Positions 1 to 13,412 are shown, counted from the stretch's first letter. The stretch is DNA of 64,000 nucleotides from Felis catus (GCF_018350175.1 NC_058368.1:149980001-150044000), one strand, 5' to 3'. Translations and numbers: made by a program. Notes: generated by a model from the letters alone, not told the origin.

Positions 1-399
1 AATCTGATGTAATCCCATTTAAAATGGCAGTAACTAAAAACAATATCACACAGTTCCTGGTATAAAACTTTAAACATCTACCAATAAAAGCTTGAGAAAA
101 TAGTTTATAATGTTTCACTGTAGAATGAAGAGGGATGGTAAAGTCTCAGAGACTGGAAGATAAAAGTTAAAAATTGACTTTTGTAAACAAAAAGCACCAT
201 AAAGATTTGCTTCACATAATTGTCTCCACAAGATCATTAGTCTGCAATTAGAGGCCACTTCTCACATCATGCATTCCCAGAAGTTAACATCTAATATACC
301 ATAGGAGTTATGATATATGAATGAATGATTGAAAAATATTTTATTTCTTATCATTTTATTTCTAGTAACTTCTTCTTTGGTCTGTAAATTATACAGAAG

Positions 400-2030
400 C
401 CCGTTAATTGCCAAATATTTGGGGATTTTCCAGATATCTTTGTTATTCGTCCCTAATTTAACTGTTTAACAGTATGGTTTAAACTGATTCACAATATGCC
501 TTTCCTCAATGAATGTTACATGTGCACTTGAAAAGAATGTGTACTGTACAATTGTTGGGCATAATGTTTTATTTACATCAATTAAGTCAGGTTAGTGCTG
601 TTTGAATCTTCTATATTATGGCTAATATTCTGTTTTGTCAATTACTGAGAAATGAGTGGTAAAATAGCCAAGTACAATTGTGGACTTGTCCATTTCTCCT
701 TTCAGATTGATCAGTTTGTGCTTTATGTGTTTTAAAGCTCTTATTAGATATATAGACATTTAGAAATGTTATGTCATCTTGGCTAGTGAACTACTTTATC
801 ATTATCCTATGTTATCACTGGGAATAAAATTCTTTGTTCTAAAGTCTCCTTTGTCTTACATTAATATAGTCACTCGAGCTTTCTTATACTTAGTATTTTC
901 ATGGTATTTATATATTATAGTATTTCTACCCTACAGTATAGTTTAATTCCATATTATAGTATAGTATAATATAATATTTCCACATCTTTTTAACTATTTG
1001 AATCTTTCTATTTAAAACAGGCTTCTTGGGGCACCTGGGTGGCTCAGTCAGTTGAGCGTCTGACCTCGGCTCAGGTCATGATCTCGCGGTCTGTGAGTTC
1101 GAGCCCCACGTCGGGCTCTGTGCTGACGGCTCAGAGCCTGGAGCCTGCTTCGGATTCTGTGTCTCCCTTTCTCTCTGACCCTCCCCTGCTCATGCTCTGT
1201 GTCTCTCTCTGTCTCTCTGTTATTTAATGTTAAATAAAACATTAAAAAATAAATAAATAAATAAAATAGGTTTCTTATACATAGCAGTCAGTTGTATCTT
1301 GACTTTCTCTATGTATGACACTCTGGTCTTTTGTGTTCAGATCATTTACACTTTGTTTAGATCATTTACATTTAATGTTATTATCAGTATGCTTATTTAA
1401 ATCTTCCAACTTGTCTATTTGTTCCGTTTGTTCTTCATGGTTTATTTTCCCTTTTCTTCTGTCTTTTTGAATTAAGCATTTGTTAACATTTTATTTTGTC
1501 TCCATTACTGGCTTATTACCTATATGACTTTTTTCAACATTTGCACTAGAGTTTATTATATCCAATTTATACTTATCACCATCTTTCTTCAAATTATATC
1601 ACTTATTTGTAACATATAAACCTTAAAACAGTATACTTCTTTATTTTTTCTTCTGTCCTTGGAGCTATTTTTGTAACATGTTTTACTTCTAAACACATGA
1701 AAAAACAGACAATATACTTCAAACAGTCAATTACCCTTTAACGAAAAAAAGAGTCTCTTATATTTACCCATACATTTACTGTTTGTGGTGATATTTTTAT
1801 GTTTAGGCCCAAGTTTTCCATGTGGTGTCAATTTCCTTCTGCCTGGAGAACTTTAACATTTCAGGCCATCCTAAGTCTTCTAACGACAAACTTCTCAGCT
1901 TTTATCTGTTTGTTATTTTCATTGAAGACATAATTCTACATTTGATTTTTTTGTTTGTTTCTCAGTACTTTGAAGACATAATTCGTTTGTCTTCTAGCTT
2001 TTGTAGTTTATGGTGAGCAGTTTATACTCT
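400..2030 (-). mobile_element. Old L1 (L1M-type) fragment, ORF2 endonuclease/inter-ORF region, decayed
   Basis: T-rich antisense L1-like text (e.g. ttgaaaagaatgtgtactg...gtggacttgtccatttctcctttcag); no ORF; boundaries approximate; interrupted by SINE at 1028. Confidence 0.7.
1028..1262 (+). mobile_element. Can-SINE (felid type)
   Basis: ggggcacctgggtggctcagtc head with Pol III A/B boxes, CT-rich tract, A tail; TSD aaaacaggcttctt (1014-1027) / aaaataggtttctt (1263-1276). Confidence 0.95.
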
Positions 2031-2354
2031 AAACTTAGTCCAGAGAGAACTTACATGCTCTGGCAAGGTGAATTTCCAGACACAATAATGCTTTATTGTG
2101 TGTTTCTTCCCCGTCCACCAGTTAACTTTTCTACTCTGTAGAATTCCACATGAGGGTGTGTATTTACACTATCCTATAAAACTGTAATCTCTATGAAGGA
2201 AGGCACTAAATGGCCAGTAAATGTTTTCAGTTAGTAAGTTTCATTATTCTCATTATGCAGCATAAAATATTTGGTTAGGACATCTTGGTTCTACTGTTTT
2301 AAGGGCCTAAACTATGGTAGCTGAGATAAATAGTCATTGATTTCAAGATACCTT

Positions 2355-2465
2355 TTTTGAGTACTTTGTATGAACTGGACACTGAATGAATCTTATGAGA
2401 TACATATTATTATCTCTATTTTACATATGAGAAAAGCGAGGCTCAAGAGTTATTCAAATTGTCTG
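2355..2465 (-). mobile_element. MIR fragment
   Basis: attattatctctattttacatatgagaaaagcgaggctca resembles the MIR core (reverse orientation). Confidence 0.6.
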
Positions 2466-2580
2466 AACTGAGGGTTGATGGGGGGTGATGGGCACTGAGG
2501 AGGGCACCTGTTGGGATGAGCACTGGGTGTTGTATGGAAACCAAGTTGACAATAAATTTCATATTAAAAAAGTAAGTAAA
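2466..2580 (+). mobile_element. 5'-truncated felid-type L1 3' end
   Basis: ...gatgagcactgggtgttgtatggaaaccaagttgacaataaatttcatattaaaaaa; AATAAA followed by A tail. Confidence 0.85.
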
Positions 2581-2800
2581 GGGGCGCCTGGGTGGCAAGT
2601 TGGTTAAGCGTCCGACTTCAGCCAGGTCACGATCTCGTGGTCCGTGAGTTCGAGCCCCGCGTCGGGCTCTGGGCTGATGGCTCAGAGCCTGGAGCCTGTT
2701 TCCGATTCTGTGTCTCCCTCTCTCTCTGCCCCTCCCCCGTTCATGCTCTGTCTCTCTCTGTCCCAAAAATAAAAAACGTTAAAAAAATAAAATTAAAAAA
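2581..2800 (+). mobile_element. Young felid Can-SINE inserted in an L1 A-tail
   Basis: Diagnostic cttcagccaggtcacgatctcg; CpGs retained; TSD aaaaaagtaagtaaa on both sides. Confidence 0.95.
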
Positions 2801-3084
2801 AAAAGTAAGTAAATAAATTATGTGAGCAATACCCATGATCTGAACATCTTCATAAATACCACTTCTTTGAGACAGATTATGGACAGTTAGTATAACACTA
2901 TGTATCCTGTATATCTTGCATATTATATGTGCTTACGTGCAAGTTTGTCTTTCCTCTTAAAATTTTTAAGGTTTATCAGAGCCTGCTAGGCTTCCTGAAA
3001 ATTATTAAGACTTCCATGTATTCCAGGGCTCAGAATTCTTATTTATTTAGTTCTAAATAATTTAATTATAATCTATAATCTAAT

Positions 3085-3667
3085 TATAATTTCAAGTGGC
3101 AAAACTCAACTAAAGCAAATATGAGGAATTTATTGTCTCACATAACCAATCCACAGCAAATGCAAGTGTGGAATTGGACTTAAAGATGATAGGATTTGGG
3201 GACTTAACCCAATCAGGTTTATTTTTCTCACTATCCTGTCTCTATGATTCTTTCTGCATATCAGACATTCTTTTTCCAATTTCAGATGAATCTTCTTCAT
3301 GATTGGAAATATGGCTCTAGATCACTCCAGACTACAAAACTTCCATCTATGTAACTTGAAAAGCAATAACGAGATCATGACAATCTCCCATTAGATACTA
3401 CTAAGAAGTCCTCTAGTTCAGTTTGAGTCACCCATTTGGTGTAACTACAATCCTTGTGGTCTCAGAGATAGAGCAGTATGTTCAGCTCAGTATGTATCAG
3501 GGACCCATCCCACTTGAAGCTAGGGAAGTGGTATACTAAGGGAAGTCCCCACTAGGAACACACGGGTGGATTGGGGAAAGAGAAATTCCACAAAAGAATG
3601 GGATATTGCTTAGGATAATGTAATGTGGGGCAGGATGCCAGTTTAGCAAAAACAGCAGCTACTACAA
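3085..3667 (-). mobile_element. Ancient MaLR (MLT1-type) solo LTR
   Basis: Ends resemble MLT1K/L termini in reverse (tcaagtggcaaaactcaact...aggaatttattgtctcacataac; ggatgccagtttagcaaaaacagcagctactaca). Confidence 0.55.
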
Positions 3668-3828
3668 CATGGAAGCATTTTTAGACACTGAGGTTTTGTT
3701 GGAATTTTTTTTTTAAAGGAAGGTTTATTGGCATGGGGGTAGTACCTTGAATGCACTTTCCCTTTAAACTTAGAGAATTGGCTTCATAGATAAACAATAT
3801 GTGGAAGTACTAGAATTTTCTTCCCTTT

Positions 3829-3835
3829 TCTTCCT

Positions 3836-3887
<52 letters not shown>

Positions 3888-3889
3888 TC
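3829..3889. repeat. (TTTC)n microsatellite
   Basis: Direct observation. Confidence 0.97.
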
Positions 3890-5295
3890 AGAAGCATTTT
3901 CAATTCTATAGCTAAACTCTACCATTCTCATAGAGGTAGAAGATATGGCTCAGGTCATCAATAAATACTCAAGTAAATACTTAAGACAAAGTATTTAAAC
4001 AGCCTATTTCAGATAAACTTTATAAACCAATGTATATCCATAAGCTACTCCTTTCTAGAAATATTTCTCAATATGATATCAAGAATTTACATTTTAAAAG
4101 TGCCACCAGACCTTATAATGCTACAACAGGGTTTAGGTTTTCATAGAAATTCATATTGCCAAACTACAGGTCAAAGAATATGTGACTTTGAAGGCTGAAC
4201 TCTCAATTTTAAATTCCTCTTTTATTCATGTTAGGTTACACCATAATATAAGTAGAGAGAAGGCCTGCATATGTTGTCAAACTTAATGGCAAAAGTTACA
4301 TAGATTGGCTAATTAAATAATAAGTGGATTCTAACTTATATTGAGGTGAAAGTCAGAATTCATCAGTGTGAGTGTTATTTGACAGGGGTGATAAATCTTG
4401 TTCTCCAGGGTTGATATTTTCAATACCCTTGTGCATCCTAGGGCATTTCAACTACACTAGGAGGGTTAGATTAGCAGCAGCCTGATTTACTGATACCTTT
4501 GGGGGGACACTCTAATTAGCACATATCTGTGATCTTCAAATAGCTTAAAGTGGATCATGCAAAGTTAAAGAGATAAGGAATGCTATGTGAGTATATGCAC
4601 AAAGAAACTACATATACAAGGAGATGCTGATGGAGGCTTGAGTAGGGTAAGAAAACAAAACATTAAGAGAGTTTCCTAGAATGAAGAAAATGGAGACAAA
4701 CTATTTTCAGGACTTACAATTCATTGTTAAAACCTCAATGAAGTCACCTAGTCAATGTAAGCATTTTATAGTAAATCATTGATTTGGATCTTAAATGGTG
4801 CAAGGAAGTGAATGTACAGAGGTATTTTATATTCAAGGATTTCTTCTGATCACTCTTTTAGTTTTTTTCCTCCATGTTATTTTCCTCCTATTATCATCTC
4901 TACTTTGCTCCAGATACCACTGCCTGAATCTTTAGTGAAAAGTGATAGACCTCACACTAGCCTCCAGGAAATAGTGTAGTCTCATTTATTCTCAATACAC
5001 AACTATAGCAATTTAAGAAACGAGAAGAATAAATTTGTGTTAATAGTGTTGGGACCCCTCCACCTGAAAGAGCAGACCTAGGCCGGCTAACTAGTGACTA
5101 TGTCCCTGACATGGCCGCAGAAAGAAGTTCCCGCTCAAACCTCAGACCTCCCCTTGAGTAACTTATGTTTTCTAAGAAAGCAGGCTACCGATTGATGCAT
5201 TCTTCCGAAGTCTGAGGTGGGAGCAAGGGGAGTGTGAGAGGCATGGAAAGTGTGAGTAGAAGAGGGAGGGCTTCTCTCAGGTAGGGGCCAGAGGC

Positions 5296-5432
5296 AGGAG
5301 CCCTCAACCCTGTCCAGGCTTAGAATGACCTGGGAGCATCTTAATAACTGACCCGTCCCCAAACCAATTAAATCAGAGTCTCTGGGGATGGTGCTAGGTA
5401 TTTATATAGCACAGCAAGGCTGACAGCCAATG
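5296..5432. mobile_element. MER5-family hAT MITE, degenerate
   Basis: ttagaatgacctgggagc...ccccaaaccaattaaatcagagtctctggggatgg resembles MER5A1/MER5B. Confidence 0.65.
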
Positions 5433-5500
5433 GTTAATAGGTGACCAGTGAGAAACGTTCTGTATACACTGAGGCCAAACATGTTAAACAACTTCAGACA

Positions 5501-5680
5501 CAGTGGTTCTTAAACTTCAGGTGCATCAGAATCTCCTGGAAGACTTGTTCAAACACAGATTACTGAGCCCCACCCCCAGAGTTTCTGATTCAGTGGGTCT
5601 GTGACCACCAGGCCCAACATTTGCATTTTTAACAAGTTCCAGGTGATGCTGATAATTGCTGATCTAGGACCACACTTTGG
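5501..5680. mobile_element. MER5A hAT-Charlie MITE
   Basis: cagtggttcttaaactt...gcatcagaatc...ccccacccccagagtttctgattcagt...tttgcatttttaacaagttccaggtgatgctgat...ggaccacactttg. Confidence 0.9.
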
Positions 5681-7357
5681 CAGCCAATCAGCTGAGGCCA
5701 CGACCCTTCTCCAGCCAATCGGTTAAGGCCATGATCCCTATAAAACCTTTGTGCTTTTGAAACTCGGGCTCTCTGTCCAGTATCTCCCCACTGCCTCAGT
5801 GCAGGTAGGGGATTGAGCTCGAGCCAGCTCAAATAAAGACTCTTTGCTTTTGCATCGGACTCGGCTCCCTGGTGGTCTTTGGGGATCACGAATTCTGGGC
5901 ATAACACACCCATGTAGCTTTGGTCTCTATGAAGTCACAGGGATAATCTAGTAAAGACTAACTAGTCTGATTTACAGAATGGGAAAAAAACTACTAACCT
6001 CACGAAATACAATGGAATCATGGTAAAGATGATCCAACATATCAAGCTGAGCTCTCAGTTTTGTAAAACCTTACATATGCTAATTCTTTCCCCACTGAAA
6101 CAGTTTTCATCTTGCCACTCACTTTAGCTTTTTTCTCATCAGCAAGGATGGAGGAGGAAGTCTGCAAATGAGAACCTCACTTCCAATACGGAGGTGGTTG
6201 TCTTTTGTAGCCCCATCCTCTGAAGACTTGCAGATTGTGACCTGTGATATCCAGCCAACACATACTTAAAGATACCATTTGGGCCATAAATGTTTTCCCT
6301 GATATCCAGCACCAATAAAGAGACTGAACACTAAGGATATACTGGTAGTAGATACATTGCATCATAAAGCATTTAGGTTGCTAATGAGAATGCAGGGCAC
6401 TTAAGGATCAGTAGTAGTTGTCATATAAGACATTATCTGGAGATTAAAGGGCAAAGGGCTGAAGGCATTATTTTAAATGTATGAATGGAGAGAAATTCAG
6501 GCCAGTGTGAAAAAGAGAGATGTGGGTTATCCACTGTAACATCTTTGCCTGTGGCCTAGGCATCCAAGATTGCTCACCTCACTTCACTTTGTATAGACTA
6601 ATTTCTAAAGTCTTTTCAATGACCACCAAGAACTAAGGCTTAGATTTTTTTTGCTTTGTTTTTCAATATTTGCTGAACTCTGTTTTGGAGATCACTAAAA
6701 TATACATTAACTTTCCCAAGCTATTGAAGAGTGATAGAGAAAAGCAGAAAGAGGACTTGCTTATCAATTTTATCAATAGAAGCAGAAACAGTAGTGGCAG
6801 CAACAATTTTTTGTGTTAGGCAATGAGGATGAAGAGAAGCTTTTGGGTCAGCCTTAATGGATTTATGGTTAATTTCTAAATACCTTTTATAAAAAGAAGT
6901 GAATAAACTAGATGCAAAAACAAAAAAAAGTTACTATCTACTTATGAACGGTACTTTTTAAACTTTTATGTGCTACTGAGGTCTTTACTTTTAATACTTT
7001 TAATCATTTACAAATACCTAAGTGTACATTTGAAATATAAAGCAACCCTTCCGTATATAATAGTTCAACCCAGCTGGTTCATGGGCTCTTAACTTTCTTA
7101 AAATTGGAGTCTATTAATTAAAAAACAACTAAAAGGCCTTTCACTTTAAAGGTTACATCTGTCATGAGTTTAAGTCACTAATATACTAATTAATTAGCAA
7201 CTACTTAAAAGGGGAAATACATCGTTTAAAATACCTAAGCAAAATTCAAGGAACAATGTGGATATCTGTAAGAAATTAATTTATTATCCTGGGCATGGAA
7301 AACTAGTATACTTACTATTATACCTATGTGGAAGCTCAATTTAAAGATATACAAAGT

Positions 7358-7521
7358 GGGGCGCCTGGTCAGTTAGCGTCTGACTCTTGATTTCAGCCCA
7401 GGTCATGACAGCGCAGAACTTGCTTGGGATTCTCTCTCTCCCCCCTCTCTCTGCCCCTATTCAGCTCGCTCTTTATCTCTCTATCTCTCAAAAATAAATA
7501 TATAAACTTAAAAAATGAATA
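7358..7521 (+). mobile_element. Older Can-SINE, internally deleted
   Basis: ggggcgcctgg head, CT tract, A tail; TSD aagatatacaaag / aagatttacaaag. Confidence 0.9.
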
Positions 7522-8451
7522 GAAGATTTACAAAGCACTAGTATGTTTAAAAATTCTATATGATATATGTGGTATGGAAGGCAGCCTTCAAAATAAAACA
7601 TGTAATACGATCTCAACTGTGGTGGGTTATATGTATATATTTATGAAGAGTTATACACTGAAATGTAAAGTTAGTGGTAGGCTGACAGATGAGTATTATA
7701 AATTCTTCATAATTTTTTTGTTTTCTGAAATCCCCACAGTGAATAAATATTGTATTTATTATTAAAAATAAAGTAGTTTATGTATTATGAGTACCTATGG
7801 ACTGATTACCTGATACACGATTTAGGGAAATTGTGGTTGAAGTCTGAACTCTGTGCAGTTGTCTATCCTATGTTCATTGTGAAATGTGGCACTTATAGTA
7901 CACTGGAATTTTCAGGACAATTCCATTTCCAAGTGCAATTTGGAATATATTACCTAATAGTGTCATAAATGAAGAAAAACAGCAAGTAGATTTACAGAGT
8001 AATATCATTACAATTTTAAACACTGGCAAGCAATTCACGAGGAATTAAAACTGATTTTTTAAAAGACTGTTAAGTATATGTAGGTGATGACAGAGTTTGT
8101 TATAACTAAGATTGTCTTTTTATTTTAAAATTTAGAATCGGAAAATTTTGAACATTGTTAAACTATGCAGGCAAACTTTCCCACTTATTTCTTACTGTGG
8201 GTTACCAGTGTAATTAACAAATAGTTTTATTTCTCTTCTTTGTCAAAAGATGAACTCTTAAAAAAATAAAAAACAAGTATTTGAAAACTCTAAGTTCAAC
8301 AAAGTGCAAATAAAAATGTGCTACTACCTGGGGTAACTTCTAAATTGCTACTTACCTATTTATCTTTAGCTGGTGAAACATTTTATTAGATGAAGGGGAC
8401 AAATGTGTGGCTTCTGAGTTCTTGTAATGAAAAGAGTAAAACTGTTAGCGT

Positions 8452-8520
8452 TTTTTTTCATTAAAAATTTTTTTTTCAGTTTATTTATTTATTATGAGAG
8501 ACACAGAGTGAACAGGGGAA
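8452..8520 (-). mobile_element. Can-SINE 3' fragment
   Basis: T tail + tttatttatt + gagagacacagagtgaacagggg. Confidence 0.7.
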
Positions 8521-9029
8521 TGTGAGAGTGGGGCTCTGTAGGTTACAACAGAGAGACTTGGGACATTAACTTATTGTTCATAATTAAAAGCTAGAAAACT
8601 GGAAGGAAATAATTTAGCAAAAAAAATATCATTTGCAATAGATTTTTTTGAAGTACATGCAGTGTCTTTTCTAACAGATTTAGAAATAGCTCAGGGAAAG
8701 GGAACTTACAGCAAACCAATTATTACTGGAAAATAAATGCCATTTGAGAACCATTTGACTTACAAAAGTTATTAAAATCATAAGACAATATATATTTAAG
8801 TTACAGTAACTGGTTCTGATGACTCTGGGTAAATTATTGACTAATGTTTATTCTGAAGTTTCACTTTGTCTTCTGTGGCTTTGTTTTCAGAAAATAAAGA
8901 GGTGAATCTTTGCATTTTGCAAGCAAAAAATATGCTGGGGTATTTTATACTTCTTAATACTACTTTTGGAATTGGTCTTCCAAAGTATGCTTGTTTACTC
9001 ATCGATTGAAAGAAATAATTTAACTACAG

Positions 9030-9080
9030 CAAAAAAACAAAAACAAAAACAAAAACAACAACAAAAAACAAAAACAAAAC
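9030..9080. repeat. (CAAAAA)n-like A-rich repeat
   Basis: Direct observation. Confidence 0.9.
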
Positions 9081-9869
9081 CTCAATTCATTGTTTTTCTG
9101 GAGCAAATGATATTAATATCCATTTATGAAGTGTGATGATTATACTATTTATGTAAGAAGAGATGAATACTTGAAAAGTTATTTATATATGAAATTTATA
9201 TTTATCGATTATATTTCCCATCTAAAACTCCAAAATGCACTTAAATATAAACAGGATAGCTGCATGATATGACAAAACTGTCCTTCAGACAAAAGAAAAA
9301 TATTATCAAAATATACATTTTTTAAATGTCTGGGAAAATGGTAGCTAAAATACACGACTGGCACCCTATATTCTTAACTGCAGACCAGGTAACTAATTTC
9401 TCTGCATCAGCAGCCACTAGGTTGATAGGTGGAAAGAGGGGGCCCTAGAAGCCTCAAGCTCTTTCAGGTCTGGATCAAGAGGGCTGCACTGAATTTTTCC
9501 TGCTTTGAAGGGACAGATAGTGCTTTGCAGACCATTCGGAAAAGTCAAAGCAATAACCAGATAAAATATTTACACTAATTTCCAGACACGGAGATCCATG
9601 TGACAATCTTTAGAAGGTGTATAGATTGACCTAGTATTTGGGAAGCTACAGGGAAATTTGATCAGGTAGGTTGGCTGAGTTCTCTTTACTAGGTAAACAG
9701 GATGGCAGCTGAGGGGTCTAGAGAGACCTTCTTCCATTGTCAGACAGAGCTTTAGGGACTTGCTGGCGCCTCTGCACCTAGCCCACAACACCACTTTTGG
9801 TACTGCCACTTCCCAAGGTACTCCAGTGGCTGTCTGCTCCCCAGTGAGGAATCAAAGAAAAATGTCAAC

Positions 9870-10850
9870 TTATGTAGATGATCCAAAAACTATAGAAAAA
9901 GCTAGAAGAAAGACACCTATGAAAGCTTAAATTTAAAATATAAGCAAAGATCAATAGCCTGACTACACTGTAAGGAAGTAGAAAGAGTAAACTAAACCAA
10001 AAGCTAAAGGGGCACTTCATCAACACAATAAGTGGCATTTATAGAAAACTTACAGCTCACATCATACTCTGTAATGAAAGAATGAAAACTTTTCTCTATG
10101 AACAGGAACAGAACAAGGATGCCTACTTTTACCACTGCTATTAAACATTGTCCTAGAAGTTTTAGCCAGAGTAATTAGGCAAGAACAAGAAATAAAGGCA
10201 TCTACATTGGAAGGAAATAAGAAAACTTATTTCCAGTTGATATGATCCTATATTTAGAAAACCCAAAAAATCCACAAGCAAAAAAGGCTACCAGAGCTAA
10301 TAAACTCAGCAATGTTTCTTTTAAGTAAGCAATCCATTTACAATAGCATCCAAAAGATGCTTTATATCCAAAGAAATAAAATAATTTGGAAAAAGGTGGT
10401 AAAAGATTTATGCACTTAAAACTACAAAACATTGCTGAAAGAAATTTAAGTAGAACTAAATACATGCAAAGACATCCGTGTTCATGAATTGGAAGACTTA
10501 ATACTGTTACAATTTCATTGTTATCTAAAGCAATTCAATGCACTGCCTATAAAAATTCCAATGACCCTTTTGGAAGACCTGGAAAAAGCAATCCTCATAT
10601 TCATATGGAGTTGCAAGGGGTCCCTAAAAGTCAAAGCAATCTCAAAAAGGAGAACAAAGTTGGAAGACTCACACTTCCTGATTTTAAAATCAGCAGTAAA
10701 TCTACAGTAAAAACACTGTTTTGTGTTGTATTGACATAATCAACATATATCTATAGAATAGAATTGAGAGTCCAGACATAAACTCCTACAACTGTGACCA
10801 AAATATTTTCAACAACCTTGCCAAGACCATTTAAAGAGGAAACAAAGTCT
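9870..10850 (+). mobile_element. Old L1 ORF2 fragments (RT region, with deletions)
   Basis: caggaacagaacaaggatgcc...ttagccagagtaattaggcaagaa; ORF remnants FNALPIKIP, KENKVGRLTLPDFK. Confidence 0.85.
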
Positions 10851-11018
10851 CAAGATGTACTGATGGGACTGGCTGGCAGAGGAGCCTGGCAGCTGGTGGG
10901 CATTCCTGTGGGCCAGATCACAGCCCCCTTAAGTGCCTGTGAGGGTCTGCATTTGGTCACAAGTATTGCCAAGCCCCAGAAAGCAGGTTCTTAAATACTA
11001 AATAAAAACTCCATGTTA

Positions 11019-11710
11019 TTGCACTACTGGTGGGAATGCAAACTGGTGCAGTCACTCTGGAAAACAGTATGGAGGTTCCTCAAAAATTAAAATAGAACCA
11101 CCCTATGACCCAGCAATTGCACTAGTAGGTATTTGTTGAAAGGATACAGGAGTGCTGATTTGAAGGGACACATGCACCCTTATGTTTATAGCAGCACTAT
11201 CAACAATAGACAAAGTATGGAAAAAGCCCAAATGACCATCAACAGATGAATGGATAAAGAAGATGTGGTATAAATGTACACAATGGAATGTTACTCGTCA
11301 ATAAAAAAGAATGAAATCTTGCCATTTACAACTGTGTGGATGGAACTAGAGGATATTACACTAAGTGGAATAAGTCAGAGAAAGACAAATACCATATGAT
11401 TTAACTCATATGTGGAATTTAAGATACAAAATATATGAACACAGGGGAAAGGAAGCAAAAATAATATAAAAACAGAGAGGAAGACAAACCATAAGAGACT
11501 CGTAAATACAGAGAACAAACTGAGGGTTGCTGGCGGGGTGTTAGGTGGGGGGATGGGCTACATGGGTGAGAGGCATTAAGTAGGACACTTGTTGGGATGA
11601 GCACTGGGTGTTACATGTAAGTCATGGGTCACTAAATTGTATTCCTGAAATTATATTGTGCTATATGTTAACTAACTTATATTTAAGTTAAAACAAACAA
11701 ACAAAAACAC
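11019..11710 (+). mobile_element. 5'-truncated carnivore L1 (ORF2 end + 3'UTR)
   Basis: L1 3' text; TSD aaaaactccatgtta (11004-11018) / aaaacctccacgtta (11711-11725). Confidence 0.92.
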
Positions 11711-11799
11711 AAAACCTCCACGTTAGGTCAACAGAGAGCTTGTGGGGCGAAAGGAAAATGTTTTATACTTTTGTAACTTTCATGGCACATTTTCCCTGT

Positions 11800-12003
11800 T
11801 TTAAAAAAAATTTTATATTTATTTTATTTTTGAGAGAGGAAGAGAGACAGAACATGAGCTGGGGAGGGGCAGAGAGAGAGGGAGACACAGAATCCAAAGC
11901 AGGCTCCAGGCTCTGAGCTATGAGCACAGAGCCTGACATGGGGCTCAAACTCACAGACTGTGAGATCATGAGCTGAGCCAAAGTTGGAGGCTTAACCGAC
12001 TGA
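11800..12003 (-). mobile_element. Can-SINE lacking its first ~15 nt
   Basis: Reverse SINE body, joined directly to L1 ORF1 sequence; no TSD seen. Confidence 0.9.
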
Positions 12004-13412
12004 CCTGGCAATATTATCATTTAAATTTGAAGGTGAGATAGTTTCTCAGATAAACAAAAGTTAAAGGAGTTTATCACCAGTAAGCTTTACAATAAATGTT
12101 AAAAATATTTCTTTAAGTGAAAAAGAAATGGCCATAATCGGACCTAAGAAAATTATGAATAACAAGATGTAAATTATGGCACCATATACAAAATATGTGG
12201 AGGAAGGAACAAAAAAAAGTTTTTTTAAAGAATGTGTTTGAACTTCAATGACCATTAACTTAATACAGACTGCTATATATTTAGGATGTTATATATATGA
12301 ACCACATGGTATCCACAAACTCAAAATATGTAATACATACACAAAAAATAAAGAGAAAGAATTCCAGACATAATACTGCAGAAACTCATTAATCTCAAAG
12401 AAAGAGATGAAGAGAACAATAGAGAAAAATAAGAACAACCAGAGAATAGTGAAATGGCAGTAAGTACATACCTATCAACAATTAAATGTAAATGACATAA
12501 CTGCTCCCATAAAAAGACAGAGGGGGGTGGAATGGATAAAAAAACCAGACCCATCTATATTCTGCCTACAAAAGACTCACCTCAGATCTAAAGACACAGG
12601 TACACTGAAAGGGAAGAGATGGAAAAATATTTATCATGCAAATGGAAGCAAAAAAAAAAAAAGCCAGGTGAACAATAATTATATTAGACAAAATAAACTT
12701 TAAAACAGAGACTGTAACAAGAGACAAAGAGGGGCATTGCATAATGTTAAAGGAATCAATCCAACAAGAGGATATACAATTATAAATATCTACACACTCA
12801 ACAATGGAGCGCCTTAATATACAAAGCAAATGTTAACAGACATAAAGAGAGAAATTGATGATAACACAATAATAGTAGGGGACATTAACACCCACCCCAC
12901 TTACATCAGTGGATAGATCATCTGGGCAAAAAATCAATAAAGGAATAATATCTTTGAATGACACATTAGACCAGATGGATGTAACAGATAAATACAGAAT
13001 GTTCTACCCCATAAAACACAATACACATTCTTTTCAAGTGCACATGGAACATTTTCCAGTATAGATCATATGTCAGACCACAAAGCAAACCTCAATAAAT
13101 TTAAGATTGAAATCATACCATGCCTACTTTCCAAACACAATGGTATGAAACTAGAAATTAACCACAAGAAAAAAACTGGAAAAAACATGCATGGAAAAAG
13201 CATGCAAAGGCTAAACATGATATTCCACCAATGGGTCAATGGAGCAATGAAAGAAGAATCAAAAAAATACATGGAGAGAAATTAAAATGGAAACACAAAT
13301 AATCTAACCTTAACACCTAAAAGACATAGAGTAAGAAAAACAAACAAAGCTCAAGATGGGTAAAATGAAGGAAATAAAAAAAGATCAGATGAGAAATTAG
13401 TGACATATCGGT

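Larger units (their letters stand above)
5047..5906 (+). mobile_element. ERV1-like LTR with an internal foreign segment (~5200-5680)
   Basis: TGTT...AACA termini; duplicated CCAAT units (5684, 5715), TATAAAA 5739-5745, AATAAA 5832-5837, U5-like end ctgggcataaca; no clear TSD. Confidence 0.75.

Noticed and set aside
2443..2816. Recurring ORFs such as GQRETEHERGRGRERGRHRIGNRLQ and MAQSV..LTSAQVMIS across the window
   Set aside because: Translations of Can-SINE copies, not a gene family
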